Shown piece by piece: positions 29,275 through 32,000 of a stretch of 32,000 nt of DNA (within the stretch, counting starts at the first letter, position 1; each line of letters begins with the position of its first letter). Where the stretch lies: positions 22,593-54,592 of the forward strand of contig JAFUPC010000033.1 in NCBI GenBank assembly GCA_017481495.1. Reading direction: 5' to 3'. Origin of the DNA: Clostridia bacterium. Lineage in GTDB: Bacteria; Bacillota; Clostridia; Oscillospirales; CAG-272. A model generated the notes under the pieces. That model was not told the origin of the DNA and made no database searches. It saw only the letters and a list, made by a program, of their open reading frames with translations. Made by a program: the position numbers and the translations under genes.

Positions 29275-31353
29275 ATGAAATGCAAAATTCTCCATGAATC
29301 CGCAGGACGACTGCGAATCCGTGTGATGCAGAACAGAATGACGTCTGCGCAGGCGGATATTCTGGAATATTATCTGCGGAATATCGACGGTGTCACGGGC
29401 GTCAAGGTCTTTGACCGCACTTGCGATGCCATTATCCGGTATACCTGCACAAGAAAGAACATCCTTGCCGCTCTGGCGGCATTTTCCTACAGCGAACAGA
29501 ACGCGGTGCTGGTTCCGGAGCATACTGGACGGGAGCTGAACCGGCAGTATGAAGAAAAACTGGTCTTCTCCGCCGTCGGCCGCATTCTCGGAAAGTTATT
29601 TGTTCCGTCACCCTTGCGGACGGTGTACTGTATTTTCCGCGGCATCGGATATATTCGCCGCGGACTCCGGACGCTGATGGAACGGAAACTGGAGGTTTCT
29701 GTTCTGGATGCCGTTGCGATCACGGTTTCGCTTCTGCGGCGGGATTACAATACGGCTTCTTCTGTGATGTTCCTTCTGAAACTGGGAGAACTGCTGGAGG
29801 AATGGACGCATAAAAAGTCGGTGGACGACCTTGCCGGAACGATGGCTTTGAACATCGACAAAACTTGGGTGCGCACGGCGGACGGTCAGGAATGTCTCGT
29901 TCCGGTCCGCGACGTGCAGGTCGGGGATACTGTCATTGTCCGCACCGGCGGAATCATTCCGCTGGACGGCAGAGTGTCCGACGGCGATGCAGATGTCAAT
30001 CAGGCATCCATCACAGGGGAAGGGTTGCCCGTACACAAGACCGCAGGCAGTTATGTCTACGCCGGAACGGTTGTGGAGGACGGGGAATGCGCCATTATTG
30101 TGGATAAGGTAATGGGAAGCGGGCGGTATGACCGCATCGTTCGCATGATTGAGGAATCGGAAAAGCTGAAATCCACATCTGAGGCAAAAGCCGCCCATCT
30201 GGCGGACAAACTGGTCCCCATCACGCTGGGCGGGACTATCCTGACATGGCTTCTGACCCACAATGTGACAAAAGCGCTGTCGATTCTCATGGTGGACTTT
30301 TCCTGCGCACTCAAGCTTGCGATGCCGCTGGCGATTCTTTCTGCCATGCGGGAGAGCGGTACGCATCATATTTCTGTCAAGGGCGGACGGTTCCTGGAAG
30401 CTGCGGCGGAAGCGGACACGATTGTATTTGATAAAACGGGAACACTGACTTACGCCACGCCGACCGTCGCAAAAATCGTTCCGTTTGACGGACACGATGA
30501 GAATGAGGTTCTCCGTCTTGCCGCTTGTCTTGAAGAACATTATCCGCATTCTATCGCCCGTGCCGTGGTCGAAGAAGCCCGGCGGCGGGAACTGCATCAT
30601 GAAGAGCGGCATTCCAAGGTGGAATATGTGGTTGCGCACGGCATTTCCAGCATTGTGGATGGTGAACGGGTGCTGATCGGCAGTCATCATTTTATCTTTG
30701 AAGACGAAAAATGCGTGGTTTCCGGGGAGGAACAGCATATCTTCGACAGTCTGCCCGCGGAATATTCCCATCTGTATCTGGCGATTTCCGGAAAGCTGGC
30801 AGCGGTACTTTGTATTTCCGACCCGCTCCGCAAAGAAGCACCGGACGTCATCCGTCAGCTGAAGGAACTTGGTTTCCGTAAAATCGTCATGATGACCGGA
30901 GACAGCGCAAGAACAGCCGCGGCGGTGGCGGAAAAGGTCGGCGTGGACGAATACTACGCCGAGGTTCTGCCCGGAGACAAGGCAGAATTCATTCGCCGGG
31001 CGCACAAAGCCGGACACCGCGTCATTATGCTGGGCGACGGCATCAACGACTCCCCAGCACTTTCCGAAGCAGATGCAGGCATTGCTATCCGCGAGGGTGC
31101 CGCCATCGCACGGGAAATTGCGGACATCACGATTTCTGCGGACGACCTGTATGCACTCGTGACCCTGCGGAAACTCAGCATGGTGCTGATGAAGCGTGTG
31201 AATGTCAATTACCGTTTCATCATCAGCTTCAATCTGATGCTCATTCTGCTGGGCGTGAGCGGTGTTTTGCCGCCGGCGACATCGGCGCTTTTGCATAATC
31301 TTTCAACGCTTGGTGTGAGTATGTACAGTATGACGAATCTGCTGAAAGCGTAA
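29275..31353 (+). CDS. P1B-type (heavy-metal) P-type ATPase with a non-canonical SCA transmembrane motif
   Basis: 692 aa from ATG 29275, with a GGAGG SD at 29263-29267. It has the motifs ITGEG (actuator), DKTGTLT (30430-30450), MMTGDS and GDGINDSPAL. The TM metal site is DFSCALKLAMP (SCA at 30301-30309) instead of CPC/CPH/SPC. The N-terminal HMA-like fold lacks CxxC. Confidence 0.85.
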   Translation: MKCKILHESAGRLRIRVMQNRMTSAQADILEYYLRNIDGVTGVKVFDRTCDAIIRYTCTRKNILAALAAFSYSEQNAVLVPEHTGRELNRQYEEKLVFSAVGRILGKLFVPSPLRTVYCIFRGIGYIRRGLRTLMERKLEVSVLDAVAITVSLLRRDYNTASSVMFLLKLGELLEEWTHKKSVDDLAGTMALNIDKTWVRTADGQECLVPVRDVQVGDTVIVRTGGIIPLDGRVSDGDADVNQASITGEGLPVHKTAGSYVYAGTVVEDGECAIIVDKVMGSGRYDRIVRMIEESEKLKSTSEAKAAHLADKLVPITLGGTILTWLLTHNVTKALSILMVDFSCALKLAMPLAILSAMRESGTHHISVKGGRFLEAAAEADTIVFDKTGTLTYATPTVAKIVPFDGHDENEVLRLAACLEEHYPHSIARAVVEEARRRELHHEERHSKVEYVVAHGISSIVDGERVLIGSHHFIFEDEKCVVSGEEQHIFDSLPAEYSHLYLAISGKLAAVLCISDPLRKEAPDVIRQLKELGFRKIVMMTGDSARTAAAVAEKVGVDEYYAEVLPGDKAEFIRRAHKAGHRVIMLGDGINDSPALSEADAGIAIREGAAIAREIADITISADDLYALVTLRKLSMVLMKRVNVNYRFIISFNLMLILLGVSGVLPPATSALLHNLSTLGVSMYSMTNLLKA

Positions 31354-31365
31354 TCATGAAAAATG

Positions 31366-31406
31366 GAGTTTTATTCGGTCTTGTCGGCGTGGATAAAACT
31401 CTTTTT
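31366..31406 (+). terminator. Intrinsic terminator after the ATPase gene
   Basis: GAGTTTTAT (31366-31374) pairs with ATAAAACTC (31393-31401), followed by TTTTT. Confidence 0.6.
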
Positions 31407-31601
31407 CTTTATATTTTGTGTTGCGATATTTATAATTCTGAAATATTTGTTGATATGCTTTTATCCTCCCATTTATCAAAACAGGGAGATTTTCTTATAT
31501 GACACCTTTGGACTTGTGTGTGCGTAAGCTTATACAACACATTTTAGAATGTCAATCACATCAGAATCCGAAATTTTCATTATAATTATAAATATAAGTG
31601 T

Positions 31602-32000
31602 TTAATTTGTTTCCTGCTCTCCTCCCCGTCCATATCTTTTCAGATTTCTCTCACCGATTATCGCATAATACGCCGTCTCGGTCACAATGTAATGTTCCAA
31701 CAAACAAATCCCAACCGCAGAAAACGCGCGCTCCATTGCATCCGTGAAGTCCAGATCTTCCTGCGAGGGGAGCGGACTTCCGCCCGGATGATTGTGAGCG
31801 AGAATGACATTCGCGGCACCGGCATTAAGTGCCTGCTGGATGCACCGCTTGCGGTCGATGACCGCCTGACTGGAAGTGCCGACGGCGAGCTGAACAGTAT
31901 CCAAGCGGTATCCGATGTTGTTCAAAAGGATCATATACATCCGTTCGCTTCTGTGGCCGAAAAACATGGGACGGAGGTACTCCATCGTGACATCGACACC
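31602..32000 (-). CDS. radC: RadC/JAMM-family protein (UPF0758). The C-terminal domain is in the window and the gene is open to the right edge.
   Basis: It has the ILAHNHPGGSPLPSQEDLDFT JAMM-like motif (HxHPxG...S..D). The frame stays open upstream of the listed Met to position 32000 (..GVDVTMEYLRPMFFG..), so the gene probably starts outside the window. Confidence 0.75.
   Translation of the reverse strand, partial: GVDVTMEYLRPMFFGHRSERMYMILLNNIGYRLDTVQLAVGTSSQAVIDRKRCIQQALNAGAANVILAHNHPGGSPLPSQEDLDFTDAMERAFSAVGICLLEHYIVTETAYYAIIGERNLKRYGRGGEQETN

Noticed and set aside
29608-31296. 562-aa minus-strand ORF opposite the P-type ATPase
   Set aside because: It is a shadow ORF. The plus strand has all the P-type ATPase signatures.
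31354-31600. AT-rich spacer with a ~48-aa ORF (MKNGVLFGLVG...) after the ATPase gene
   Set aside because: It has no SD. The ORF spans the terminator hairpin and is most likely non-coding.
1-32000. CRISPR arrays, tRNA/rRNA genes, IS elements or integrases
   Set aside because: I found no regularly spaced direct repeats, no cloverleaf-like or rRNA-like segments, and no transposase or recombinase-like ORFs. The only mobile-DNA hints are the AP2 protein, the ABC remnant, the 20-bp IR pair and RadC.

Overview
The window looks like a Clostridia-type (Firmicutes) chromosomal segment. This is inferred from Shine-Dalgarno sites, TTGACA-17-TGnTATAAT promoters and gene content. It is mostly GC-rich coding DNA, with a visibly AT-richer accessory block at about 5.05-14.05 kb. 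I saw no rRNA, tRNA, CRISPR array, transposase or recombinase.

Left part: a partial PAP2 phosphatase; pflB-pflA behind a long leader that looks like a ZTP (pfl-motif) riboswitch with a terminator; and a MerR/GyrI-like regulator.

Accessory block, in order:
- a decayed, doubly truncated ABC-ATPase fragment;
- an AP2-domain protein with three Zn-ribbon repeats;
- a 328-bp promoter-bearing segment bracketed by perfect 20-bp inverted repeats (candidate invertible switch);
- a 2,166-aa secreted or lipoprotein-like multidomain protein (metallophosphoesterase, tandem modules, Big_2, vWA);
- 14 nt further on, an 82-aa acidic 4-Cys peptide gene with its own terminator.

The peptide gene is followed by a tightly coupled set of four genes: a bitopic membrane protein, an HPr-kinase-like P-loop protein, a radical SAM/SPASM enzyme and a PqqD-like RRE. 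I read this as a candidate uncharacterised RiPP-type system. It is the main finding.

Right part:
- Rrf2-nifS-nifU, where nifS carries a single in-frame TAG and the promoter has twin operators;
- a CBM-like C-tail-anchored protein;
- an esterase;
- a 1,050-aa glycoside-hydrolase-like protein on the minus strand;
- feoA-feoB with three GTTAGC/GCTAAC palindromes and an unlisted 59-aa Cys-rich membrane peptide;
- a TM-Cys-HMA fusion protein and an AraC-type HTH protein;
- a small membrane protein plus a P1B-type ATPase with an SCA motif in place of CPC;
- a partial RadC/JAMM gene.

All calls come from reading the sequence and recalling family signatures. No searches were run.
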